IMG/VR virus record: IMGVR_UViG_3300030503_000181
DNA: 20,000 nucleotides
Source of the DNA: an uncultured virus (IMG/VR IMGVR_UViG_3300030503_000181)
Taxonomy: Duplodnaviria > Heunggongvirae > Uroviricota > Caudoviricetes
Strand: one strand, 5' to 3'
Shown here: positions 1 through 7,324 of the stretch, one piece after another
Layout: each line of letters starts with the position of its first letter
Position numbering within the stretch: the first letter of the stretch is position 1
The notes under the pieces: generated by a model
Databases searched by the model: none
Seen by the model: the letters and a program-made list of their open reading frames with translations, nothing else
What the model was told of the DNA's origin: nothing
Made by a program: the position numbers and the translations under genes

Positions 1-19
1 TGATCTGAGCCTCACTGGT

Positions 20-550
20 ATGGCGGACAAAGCGGTCACGTCATTCAGACCTAAGCCTCCCCGCCCACAAGCTGAGATGGATCAGGCACGTCATGATACA
101 ATAAAGAATCTGAAGGACGCGAACACACAACTTCAGCAGACGGTCGAGATGCTGATAGAGAAAGTGAAGAAGCTCCAAGGTCAGAAAAACAGTGCGTTCG
201 ATAATCCCCTCCTGAAGAAGGCGACGTATGAGTATTACCATGTAACAGACCGTGCATCGGCTGATAGCATCTTGAAGAACGGGTTCGAGGGCGGCTGGGG
301 TGATCTGGGTTACGGCGTGTACCTTTGGAACGGGCTCGACACCGCCGAAGATTACGCGGCAAAAGGCGGCTGGGACCACGCGCTGAAAGATTCGGTCATA
401 CTGGCGGTAAGCGATCCTCAAATCGAGGAAATCTCTGGTGCCGACCTTGACCCGAGTTGGGACCCCGCGCAATATGCGGAGATGTATTGGCACCCGATGG
501 AAGAAGGCTCGGGCAATTGGAAGCCCCATAGTTTAAGAGAGGTCAAATGA
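20..550 (+). CDS. Coiled-coil N-terminus plus putative ADP-ribosyltransferase (ART/PARP-like) domain
   Basis: YYHVT..A.SILKNGF..G..G.GVYL...A..YA pattern typical of H-Y-E ART folds; candidate catalytic Glu in YAEMYW; heptad-like N-terminal region. Confidence 0.55.
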   Translation: MADKAVTSFRPKPPRPQAEMDQARHDTIKNLKDANTQLQQTVEMLIEKVKKLQGQKNSAFDNPLLKKATYEYYHVTDRASADSILKNGFEGGWGDLGYGVYLWNGLDTAEDYAAKGGWDHALKDSVILAVSDPQIEEISGADLDPSWDPAQYAEMYWHPMEEGSGNWKPHSLREVK

Positions 551-870
551 TTACCCTAACTCCCAAGGCAGTATTAAAAGTGAAAGAGATCATGGCGGCT
601 CAAGACCCAGTGCCCTCAGCGTTACGGCTGGGCGTCAAGGGCGGCGGCTGTTCGGGCTTTTCGTACTCCATGCAGTTCGACAACGAGAAGGGCATGATGG
701 ACAAGTCGTTCGAGTTCGACGGCCTGACGCTGCTGGTCGATGGCACTTCTTTCATGTACCTCGACGGCGTTACCGTTGACTACTTGGAGACGCTCGAAGG
801 TGCGGGTTTCAAGTTCGACAATCCGAATGTCAAGAGCACTTGCGGTTGTGGGAGTTCGTTCAATGCGTAA
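547..870 (+). CDS. iscA: A-type Fe-S cluster carrier (IscA/HesB/ErpA family)
   Basis: GGGCSGFSY and C-terminal FDNPN...CGCGSSF motifs; ATGA overlap; GAGG RBS. Confidence 0.95.
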   Translation: MITLTPKAVLKVKEIMAAQDPVPSALRLGVKGGGCSGFSYSMQFDNEKGMMDKSFEFDGLTLLVDGTSFMYLDGVTVDYLETLEGAGFKFDNPNVKSTCGCGSSFNA

Positions 871-994
871 GAAAATCCTGACGTGGTTCTTCGGCAAACT
901 CGAAAAGATCAATGCGTATCTGGATCACCGCGACGATATGCGTTCCATCGCTCGTTACAAAAAGCGGGTAGCTTTGGGAAAAATCCGTGGATAA
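863..994 (+). CDS. Small basic hypothetical protein (43 aa)
   Basis: ATG at 863 after GGAG; fills the gap between iscA and the next gene with short overlaps. Confidence 0.55.
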   Translation: MRKKILTWFFGKLEKINAYLDHRDDMRSIARYKKRVALGKIRG

Positions 995-1226
995 CCGCGA
1001 ACTGTTTGACGAAGTTGCGGGCACCTACAAGCGGGAAGTAATCAAATTCCCCGCGATGGACTGTAAGCCAAAGCCCGATAGGAACAGACCGAAGTCCGAG
1101 CCGTCAAGAGGATCGACGCGGGACGATCCGCCGAACTATGACAGACCGATTTACGACCGTGACGGCAACAAGATCGGTGTGATTTACGATGCCCCGCCAA
1201 TGCCGGGGCCGAGTGGGTTATCATAA
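987..1226 (+). CDS. Hypothetical Pro/Arg/Asp-rich protein
   Basis: GTG start; TAATG coupling to the next gene. Confidence 0.6.
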   Translation: MDNRELFDEVAGTYKREVIKFPAMDCKPKPDRNRPKSEPSRGSTRDDPPNYDRPIYDRDGNKIGVIYDAPPMPGPSGLS

Positions 1227-1417
1227 TGGGCTGGGGAATCATTGAACTGAAGTGCCCCAACGGGCATCTGTGGAACATCGAGTGGTGCAGTGTGGGCGGA
1301 TTTCGTCAAGGCCCGACTAAGTGTTCGATCTGCGGTGAACAGGGACAGAACACGCAGCGAAACGTGTTGGCCGACGCGGCGAAGGAAGCCGAAGGCCGAA
1401 TGAAGAAAGGAACATAA
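1226..1417 (+). CDS. Small Zn-ribbon protein
   Basis: CPNGH ... CSICG motifs; TAATG coupling. Confidence 0.7.
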   Translation: MGWGIIELKCPNGHLWNIEWCSVGGFRQGPTKCSICGEQGQNTQRNVLADAAKEAEGRMKKGT

Positions 1418-1639
1418 GTGGCGATCCCGTATCATCTAGACTGGGTTTCTTGCACGCTCGGTTTGGTAGGGGTCTACTTCGTCGGGCGTAAGTTTTGGTG
1501 GGGTTGGCTGTTTCACACAGCGAACCTGATCCCCCTGACGGTCATCAACGCTCATTACAAGCTGTGGGGTTTTATGCCCATGAACGCTGTTTTGTTGGCA
1601 CTGTACATTAAGAGCATGAGGGATTGGCGAAAGGCTTGA
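1418..1639 (+). CDS. Small 3-TM PnuC-like (nicotinamide riboside transporter half) membrane protein
   Basis: DW...LGLVGVYFVGRKFWWGWL...N.....N....LWG....N......I.....W pattern resembles one PnuC repeat; AAGGA RBS. Confidence 0.6.
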   Translation: MAIPYHLDWVSCTLGLVGVYFVGRKFWWGWLFHTANLIPLTVINAHYKLWGFMPMNAVLLALYIKSMRDWRKA

Positions 1640-2046
1640 GGACCAAAGAACAGCAGCGGAGATACGACCGAACCTATCGAAGGAAGCACAAGAAGGAGCG
1701 GCGAGAGCTTGCTCGAAGATATCGTGTTGCCCAGCCCGCCGTCTGTATGCTTGCAAATAAACGAGCCCAGTGCAAGCGAAACGGTCGGGAATTCGATTTG
1801 ACGATTGAAGACCTTTTGCCCTTGCCGACACACTGTCCCGTACTTGGAATCATGCTGGACTACGGCAGGAAGAAACATGTTATGCCGAACTCACCGAGCA
1901 TAGATCGTCTGAAGTCAGATCGCGGATACGTGAAAGGAAACGTAGCAGTCATTAGTCATCGCGCTAACACGATCAAAAATCGGGGCACGATTGAAGAACA
2001 CGAGATGGTCATCGCGTACATGAAGAGGCAGTTGAATGGCGTATAG
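1636..2046 (+). CDS. HNH-like (beta-beta-alpha-Me) endonuclease, possibly a homing endonuclease
   Basis: CPVLG...PSIDR..SDRGYVKGNV.VIS.RAN..K motif; TTG start chosen at the TTGA overlap (1636). Confidence 0.75.
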   Translation: MRTKEQQRRYDRTYRRKHKKERRELARRYRVAQPAVCMLANKRAQCKRNGREFDLTIEDLLPLPTHCPVLGIMLDYGRKKHVMPNSPSIDRLKSDRGYVKGNVAVISHRANTIKNRGTIEEHEMVIAYMKRQLNGV

Positions 2047-2443
2047 CGAAAAAGTTTTGGATCATTACAACAATCCGCGTAACGTGGGGTCTATGGATAA
2101 AACCAGTTCCGACGTTGGCACTGGGTTGGTGGGTGCCCCCGAATGTGGGGATGTCATGAAGCTCCAAATTAAGGTCAACAAGGAGACCGGAATCATTGAA
2201 GACGCTAAGTTTAAGACTTTTGGATGTGGGTCTGCCATTGCTTCTAGCTCTCTCGCTACTGAGTGGGTTAAGGGTAAAACCATCGACCAAGCACTCACCA
2301 TCAAAAACATGGAAATTGTGCGTGAGTTGTCTCTTCCACCAGTGAAGATTCACTGTTCAGTCCTCGCCGAGGACGCCATCCGTGCGGCAATCGCCGACTG
2401 GAAAAAGAAGCAGGAGAAGGCAAATGACACAACCCCAGCGTAG
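2036..2443 (+). CDS. iscU: Fe-S cluster scaffold IscU
   Basis: YSEKVLDHYNNPRNVG, APECGD, FGCGSAIASSS and LPPVKIHCS (HscA-binding motif); all three Cys ligands present. Confidence 0.97.
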   Translation: MAYSEKVLDHYNNPRNVGSMDKTSSDVGTGLVGAPECGDVMKLQIKVNKETGIIEDAKFKTFGCGSAIASSSLATEWVKGKTIDQALTIKNMEIVRELSLPPVKIHCSVLAEDAIRAAIADWKKKQEKANDTTPA

Positions 2444-2525
2444 TGTGTGGCTCGTCACAATCGGCATGTCGCTCATCTTGGTGATGGTCGGAGTTATGAC
2501 TTTCATAGCGGTGCACGCGAAATAA
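2424..2525 (+). CDS. 33-aa single-TM peptide (MTQPQRSVWLVTIGMSLILVMVGVMTFIAVHAK)
   Basis: AGGAG RBS, ATG at 2424, hydrophobic helix, TAATG coupling; below the ORF-track size cutoff. Confidence 0.6.
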   Translation: MTQPQRSVWLVTIGMSLILVMVGVMTFIAVHAK

Positions 2526-2671
2526 TGTATCTCAGCATCATCTGGCTGTGTTTAGCTTTCGTCCTCCTGCATGACCACCACCCCATAACCTCGCTCGCAG
2601 TCTTCAACGTCTTCCTGCTTCACCGCCTCTGGGAAGTAAAAAAGTGCAAAAAACCTAGACAAAAATCTTAA
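2525..2671 (+). CDS. 48-aa membrane peptide
   Basis: TAATG coupling; two hydrophobic stretches and a basic tail. Confidence 0.55.
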   Translation: MYLSIIWLCLAFVLLHDHHPITSLAVFNVFLLHRLWEVKKCKKPRQKS

Positions 2672-2678
2672 ACTACGG

Positions 2679-2723
2679 TATCTCTATTGTAGATAGGCCC
2701 CTGAGCCTATCGGAAAAGAGATA
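2679..2723 (+). promoter_or_regulatory. Nested stem-loop covering the translation initiation region of the 2726 gene; contains TCTCTATTGTAG
   Basis: TATCTCT (2679-2685) pairs with AGAGATA (2717-2723); GATAGGC (2692-2698) pairs with GCCTATC (2705-2711). Confidence 0.5.
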
Positions 2724-2725
2724 AC

Positions 2726-3112
2726 TTGAACCCCAAAAATAAGAAGCAAACAACTCCCAAGGGGGAGTCTAAACCCCTCACGCTCAAAGACTACCAAGAC
2801 TACTGCGACAAATACTTCCCCAAGAAGCGTTGTCCCCACCCTAACTGCCCCGAGAATGACCGTCCCGAATTCCCTTTCGAGAAGTGCACTCTCCATGAGC
2901 CCATCTGGATCAGCATCCCGGCTGGCGAACACATCCACATTTCATGCCCCGTCCACGCTGAGGGACACATCCTTCGCGGCAGCCCCGTTTCGTGGAAGCG
3001 GCCTCGGGTAACGTGGAGTGAGGAAGATTTCTGGAAGCTGAACGAACCTAACCTCCCAGAGCGTGACAACAATCTCCCAGACTACAGCAAGATCGGAAAG
3101 GTGTGGATGTAA
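2726..3112 (+). CDS. Cys/His-rich hypothetical protein (paralog 1)
   Basis: CPHPNCP...CTLH...ISIPAGEHIHISCPVH; TTG start. Confidence 0.7.
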   Translation: MNPKNKKQTTPKGESKPLTLKDYQDYCDKYFPKKRCPHPNCPENDRPEFPFEKCTLHEPIWISIPAGEHIHISCPVHAEGHILRGSPVSWKRPRVTWSEEDFWKLNEPNLPERDNNLPDYSKIGKVWM

Positions 3113-3444
3113 TGAGAGCCATCAAGAAAACACGCCCATCCACTTGCCCGCACTGTCCTGATGAAGTCACGTGGGAGCCCGATCCGTCCTACAACGACCC
3201 GAACTGCATCTGCAACAAGCCGATGATGATCTACATCCCAGCGGGACAGCACATTCATTGCCCTGTTCACCCGGATTATCGAATCTTTGGATCGAACATC
3301 ACCTGCTCGACCTTCGACAAGATGCGGACTGGCGGCTGCGTGTACGAGCACGACTCCAGCAAGGACCTGACGTTCGATTCCACTCGACCGTTTGGTACGG
3401 CAACGGGTGACACCATCCGCGACAGCTTCAAGATAATCTGCTAA
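3112..3444 (+). CDS. Cys/His-rich hypothetical protein (paralog 2)
   Basis: CPHCP...CIC...IYIPAGQHIHCPVH; ATG at the TAATG overlap (3112). Confidence 0.75.
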   Translation: MRAIKKTRPSTCPHCPDEVTWEPDPSYNDPNCICNKPMMIYIPAGQHIHCPVHPDYRIFGSNITCSTFDKMRTGGCVYEHDSSKDLTFDSTRPFGTATGDTIRDSFKIIC

Positions 3445-3450
3445 AAACGA

Positions 3451-3456
3451 GTATTA
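3451..3456 (+). promoter_or_regulatory. GTATTA candidate phage promoter (-10-like)
   Basis: Intergenic, after an A-run, 6 nt before ATG 3463; same motif at 3919, 5659 and 16765. Confidence 0.5.
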
Positions 3457-3462
3457 GGGGGT

Positions 3463-3912
3463 ATGGCACGCAAACCAAAACCCACGCCCCCTAGCTTCGT
3501 AGACGGTCTGATGTTTGACCCTCTCCTCTCCCGTGTTGTCCTCATCCGCAAACTCAGACCCGAATGGCAAGAAGGCCTGCTTAACTGCGTCGGCGGCAAA
3601 GTCGAGCCCGGTGAAGACCCCGAAATGGCTGTGATTCGTGAGTTCAGGGAAGAGACCGGGGTCTCCATCGGTGGGTGGAAACGATTCCTCGACCTGAAGC
3701 TTAAGCGAGACGATGGTATGCTGTATTGTTTTTACACCATCGGCAACGTGGACAAGGCGACGACCGAGCTTGATGAAACGGTCGGCGTCTACAACGTACA
3801 CGAGGTCATGGATCGCTGCGACACCATCCCCAATCTCCGTTGGTTGATCCAGATGGCTCGGTCATTTGCGTTCGGCGAAACCACAGGAAAATTTCTCGCA
3901 CAGGAAACCTAA
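3463..3912 (+). CDS. NUDIX hydrolase
   Basis: Nudix box GGKVEPGEDPEMAVIREFREETG. Confidence 0.92.
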   Translation: MARKPKPTPPSFVDGLMFDPLLSRVVLIRKLRPEWQEGLLNCVGGKVEPGEDPEMAVIREFREETGVSIGGWKRFLDLKLKRDDGMLYCFYTIGNVDKATTELDETVGVYNVHEVMDRCDTIPNLRWLIQMARSFAFGETTGKFLAQET

Positions 3913-3918
3913 ACTCCA

Positions 3919-3924
3919 GTATTA
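3919..3924 (+). promoter_or_regulatory. GTATTA candidate phage promoter
   Basis: Intergenic copy of the motif directly after the NUDIX stop codon. Confidence 0.45.
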
Positions 3925-3975
3925 AGCAAGTATGCCCGCAACGGGCTAAATTCAACGAGGAGGTCCAAGAGAAAC

Positions 3976-4617
3976 ATGGACACGCAAAGCTTTCGCACTC
4001 AACTCGTCGAATGGATGAAGGAAATAGTTCCCTACTCCAATTTCGACAAATACGCTCGTAAAACCCGCGAGGGTATCGAGACCAACCCCCACAACACTGA
4101 TCGTCACGCCAACCACGTGAACTACATCATCTACACGAAGCTGCACAGCTACAGCATCTCGGCCACGCCGACATACCTTGGCTGTATTGCCAGCACAATG
4201 TTCTATCGCCCCGGCGAGAACTGGACACGCGGCAACGATCTTCCTGACGGCAAGTTCTGCTACGAAACATGGAGTGCTATCAAGGACGCCATCATCCGCT
4301 ACGAGTTGGAGAAGGTCGAACAGACCGTGGTGCGCGTGGTTCCCGGCCCGCCGTGCAGCCAACCACCGACGCCTCTGGAAACGGAATACTTTGAGGCACG
4401 CCATGCCGCTTTCCTAGCGCAGGAGCGCCTGAGTAGAGCCGAGCGTTCCATGAACGGGCTGGACAAGAAAGACCCGGAGATGCCCACTACTCGGGCAGCG
4501 GTGGAGCCCGAAGTCGATTGCAATGCTTTTGTCGCTGTCGTCACCACCGATGTTCATATCCACCACCACACGCCGATCAATGAAAATGGCGTTGTTCCGA
4601 TTGAAGGAATGAAATGA
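3976..4617 (+). CDS. Hypothetical phage protein
   Basis: GAGGAGG RBS; compact globular-looking core YLGCIAS...GENWTRGNDLPDG...W...YEL; ATGA coupling to thyX. Confidence 0.75.
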   Translation: MDTQSFRTQLVEWMKEIVPYSNFDKYARKTREGIETNPHNTDRHANHVNYIIYTKLHSYSISATPTYLGCIASTMFYRPGENWTRGNDLPDGKFCYETWSAIKDAIIRYELEKVEQTVVRVVPGPPCSQPPTPLETEYFEARHAAFLAQERLSRAERSMNGLDKKDPEMPTTRAAVEPEVDCNAFVAVVTTDVHIHHHTPINENGVVPIEGMK

Positions 4618-5651
4618 AGATAGAAAGTAAGCTGATCCTCACCAGCAAGAACTCTGTGACTGGTGTCAACCTGTATACGTTCGTATTGACCTACCCGAGG
4701 ATGATTCTCGCGGAGGTCAATACGCACCGTATGCTCAGCCGCAACGCCGCATCCTCCAGAGCCATACCAGCCAAGAAGCAGCGTAAGCAGGTTCTCGCTG
4801 ATCCTTTCGTGCCATCCTATGTGGGGCAGAACCAGAAGGGTATGCAAGCGGGCGAGGAACTGAAGGGCTGGAAGCGATTCGTCGTTGAGAATACGTGGAG
4901 AATCACTCGCTACCCCAACGTGCTCGCCTCATGGATACTGGACAAGATGGGGGCGCACAAGCAGGCGGCAAACCGCATCATCGAGCCGTGGACGTACACA
5001 CAGCAGATCGTGACGTGTACGGACCTGAAGAACTTCTTCAAGCTCCGCAATCACCCCGACGCCGAGCCGCACTTCCAGATCATCGCCAAGCAAATGCAAG
5101 CGCAGGTCGAGTACGTGGAGAGGTTGTTCGAGACTGTCAACTTCGATTCCCGCAACCCAGACGGCAGTGCGTGTGCACTGGATAACGTAAATCCCAAACT
5201 GGGTGTGTACCGTGTGCAAATGCTTCGGCCCGGTTGGTGGGGCGCTGGAGAGCAAGACTGGCATCTGCCGTTCATCGATCAAAAGGACATCTGGCGGGTG
5301 GGTGGTCTTATAGCGCAGTACCAACACTGGGAGTGGCAGCAACGAATGGGAATACCGAGCTACTCTTCCGATCCCACACCGCCGATCTATATCGGTGTGG
5401 CGGTATGGGAGGCACTCAAGCAAATTTCTACGGCTCGCTGTGCTCGCGTGAGCTACCTCTTACCTGAGAATGGTGAGCGGTCGGACGCCAAGCGAGACAT
5501 CGAACTCTGCGGTAGGCTCTCAGGATCGGGGCATTGGAGCCCGTTTGAGCACGTGGCTACCCCTGTTGAAACCGCTGATTACATTGGCAATTTCCGCTCT
5601 TGGAAGCAGTACCGAAAAGAATTTGAGCAAGAAGATGGGGGAGACCGCTAA
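4614..5651 (+). CDS. thyX: Flavin-dependent thymidylate synthase (ThyX/Thy1), phage type with permuted motif order
   Basis: THRMLSRNAASSR (RHR-x7-S-x-R-like), NFFKLR..PDAEP, ARVSY and GHWSPFEH motifs. Confidence 0.85.
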   Translation: MKIESKLILTSKNSVTGVNLYTFVLTYPRMILAEVNTHRMLSRNAASSRAIPAKKQRKQVLADPFVPSYVGQNQKGMQAGEELKGWKRFVVENTWRITRYPNVLASWILDKMGAHKQAANRIIEPWTYTQQIVTCTDLKNFFKLRNHPDAEPHFQIIAKQMQAQVEYVERLFETVNFDSRNPDGSACALDNVNPKLGVYRVQMLRPGWWGAGEQDWHLPFIDQKDIWRVGGLIAQYQHWEWQQRMGIPSYSSDPTPPIYIGVAVWEALKQISTARCARVSYLLPENGERSDAKRDIELCGRLSGSGHWSPFEHVATPVETADYIGNFRSWKQYRKEFEQEDGGDR

Positions 5652-5658
5652 AACCTCA

Positions 5659-5664
5659 GTATTA
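5659..5664 (+). promoter_or_regulatory. GTATTA candidate phage promoter
   Basis: Intergenic copy directly after the thyX stop codon. Confidence 0.45.
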
Positions 5665-5682
5665 GTGGAAGAAGGTGCATCT

Positions 5683-6165
5683 ATGGCTAACAAATGGGAC
5701 GTGCATTACCTCAAGATGGCGCAGTTGGTCTCTTCTATGTCGAAAGACCCCTCAACTCAAACAGGGGCCGTCATAGCGCGACCCGACCACTCTCTGTGCT
5801 CTACGGGATTTAATGGCTTCCCGAAGAACATGGAAGACAAGCCGGAATGGTACGCGAACCGCGACGAGAAGTATTCCCGCGTCGTCCACTGCGAAGTTAA
5901 CGCCGTGGTCTTTGCGCGTGAGCCTGTAAACGGCTACACTCTCTACACTTGGCCGTTCGCTTCCTGCGACCGTTGCTGCGTACAGATGCTTCAGGCTGGC
6001 ATCACGCATTTCGTGTTCCCCGAACCATCCGCCGACGCCCTCACTCGCTGGGCTGCCGCATTTATCAAGACCAAGGACTACATCACTTCATCCGGCGCAA
6101 CATGGGAAGAGATTCCTTTGGCGGAAATTTTCCCCACGGGAGTTGGACTGAAGGTTGGAGCTTAA
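5683..6165 (+). CDS. dCMP deaminase (ComEB-like) #1
   Basis: WD..Y...A...S..SKDPSTQTGAVI, GFNGFP, HCEVNA, SCDRC Zn motifs; start placed at ATG 5683 after GAAGG. Confidence 0.9.
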   Translation: MANKWDVHYLKMAQLVSSMSKDPSTQTGAVIARPDHSLCSTGFNGFPKNMEDKPEWYANRDEKYSRVVHCEVNAVVFAREPVNGYTLYTWPFASCDRCCVQMLQAGITHFVFPEPSADALTRWAAAFIKTKDYITSSGATWEEIPLAEIFPTGVGLKVGA

Positions 6166-6166
6166 A

Positions 6167-6667
6167 ATGGGCACACCCGGACTTCAAACTGGCGGCGACA
6201 CAACCGTGCAGGTAGCCTCCCCTACGCAAGTGAAGTGGGACAACCGTTTCATCGGTCTCGCCAAGCAGATCGGCGAATGGAGCAAGGATCATGATCGCAA
6301 GGTGGGCTGCATTATTGTAGGCCCGATGCGTGAGATTCGCTCCGCAGGCTACAATGGCCTTCCTCGTGGTGCGGATGACGATGTTCCAGAGCGTCACGCG
6401 GTCCCTGCAAAGTACATGTGGACGGAGCACCCCGAGCGTAACGCCATCTACAATGCCGCGAATGTAGGCATTCCGATGCGAGACTGTACACTCTACATCG
6501 CGGGCTTTCCCTGCATGGAATGCGCCCGTGCCATCGTCCAGAGTGGTATCACGACGGTTGTTTCCTACGAACCCGACATGGGCAACCCGAAATGGGCTGA
6601 GGATTTCAAGAACACCCTCCAGTTGTTCTCCGAGGCAGGCATCTTCCTGCGCCACGTGGAGCGGTAA
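6167..6667 (+). CDS. dCMP deaminase (ComEB-like) #2
   Basis: WD.RF..LA....WSKD...KVGCIIV, GYNGLP, HPERNA and PCMEC motifs. Confidence 0.9.
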   Translation: MGTPGLQTGGDTTVQVASPTQVKWDNRFIGLAKQIGEWSKDHDRKVGCIIVGPMREIRSAGYNGLPRGADDDVPERHAVPAKYMWTEHPERNAIYNAANVGIPMRDCTLYIAGFPCMECARAIVQSGITTVVSYEPDMGNPKWAEDFKNTLQLFSEAGIFLRHVER

Positions 6668-6774
6668 TGATCGTCTGTAGCCGCCAAGATCGAATCACCG
6701 TCTATTGCGTCCAAGCATTTGCGGTGGTATTCTTGATCTTCACGGCTGTTCTCATCGCCACAGGAAACGCATGA
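6667..6774 (+). CDS. 35-aa single-TM peptide
   Basis: TAATG coupling upstream and ATGA coupling downstream; MIVCSRQDRITVYCVQAFAVVFLIFTAVLIATGNA. Confidence 0.55.
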   Translation: MIVCSRQDRITVYCVQAFAVVFLIFTAVLIATGNA

Positions 6775-6878
6775 AACGTTGCAAACGTCATAAATGGGTG
6801 CTCGTTCGTTCCGCGACCCGTCCTAAGGCGTGTGGTAAATGCGGGTATTGGCCGTCAGCGGGGAAACAACCGAAATGA
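6771..6878 (+). CDS. 35-aa basic Zn-knuckle-like peptide
   Basis: MKRCKRHKW...ACGKCGYW (CxxH...CxxC); ATGA coupling at both ends. Confidence 0.6.
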   Translation: MKRCKRHKWVLVRSATRPKACGKCGYWPSAGKQPK

Positions 6879-7324
6879 AGGCTCTCCCCAGATCGCAGGA
6901 CGTTTATCGCCCGGGTCGCATCTACAAGGAATGGACACGACTGGCTCCCGAGTACGGTGAGCAACTCCATGTCTGCCGTCAGGATTATTCCAAGAATCAT
7001 AGCTTTTGGGATGCCTTCCAGCTTTTCATTAACTGGAAGTTTTGGAAGGGGTTATCCATGCAAAGGGACCGCCATGCGGGATGTTTGGTGGCCGTTCCCT
7101 TTACTTACAAGCTGAAGTACGACTACCACGGCATGGGGCAACACCACTATGAATTTGAGTTTTGGCTGCTGAATGTGGTATATTTGAAATGGTTCCGCAG
7201 CTATCGGGTTGACACGAAGGTTGCTGTGCGGTTCAAACAACGTTACGGAAGGGAAGTATTCAAGTATGTCGAAATCCAAATCAAAGACGAAGCAGAGAAA
7301 AGAACAAAAGCTCAGGCCGTATAG
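6875..7324 (+). CDS. Aromatic-rich hypothetical protein
   Basis: ATG at the ATGA overlap (6875). Confidence 0.6.
   Translation: MKALPRSQDVYRPGRIYKEWTRLAPEYGEQLHVCRQDYSKNHSFWDAFQLFINWKFWKGLSMQRDRHAGCLVAVPFTYKLKYDYHGMGQHHYEFEFWLLNVVYLKWFRSYRVDTKVAVRFKQRYGREVFKYVEIQIKDEAEKRTKAQAV

Noticed and set aside
3932..3949. Mini-ORF MPATG 7 nt after GTATTA
   Set aside because: Only five codons and overlapping a small GCCCG/CGGGC hairpin; cannot be distinguished from chance
5470..5682. Long N-terminal extensions in the ORF track (5470; likewise 10160, 12332, 14395, 16573)
   Set aside because: They overlap upstream genes or regulatory DNA; downstream starts have an RBS or promoter and match domain boundaries
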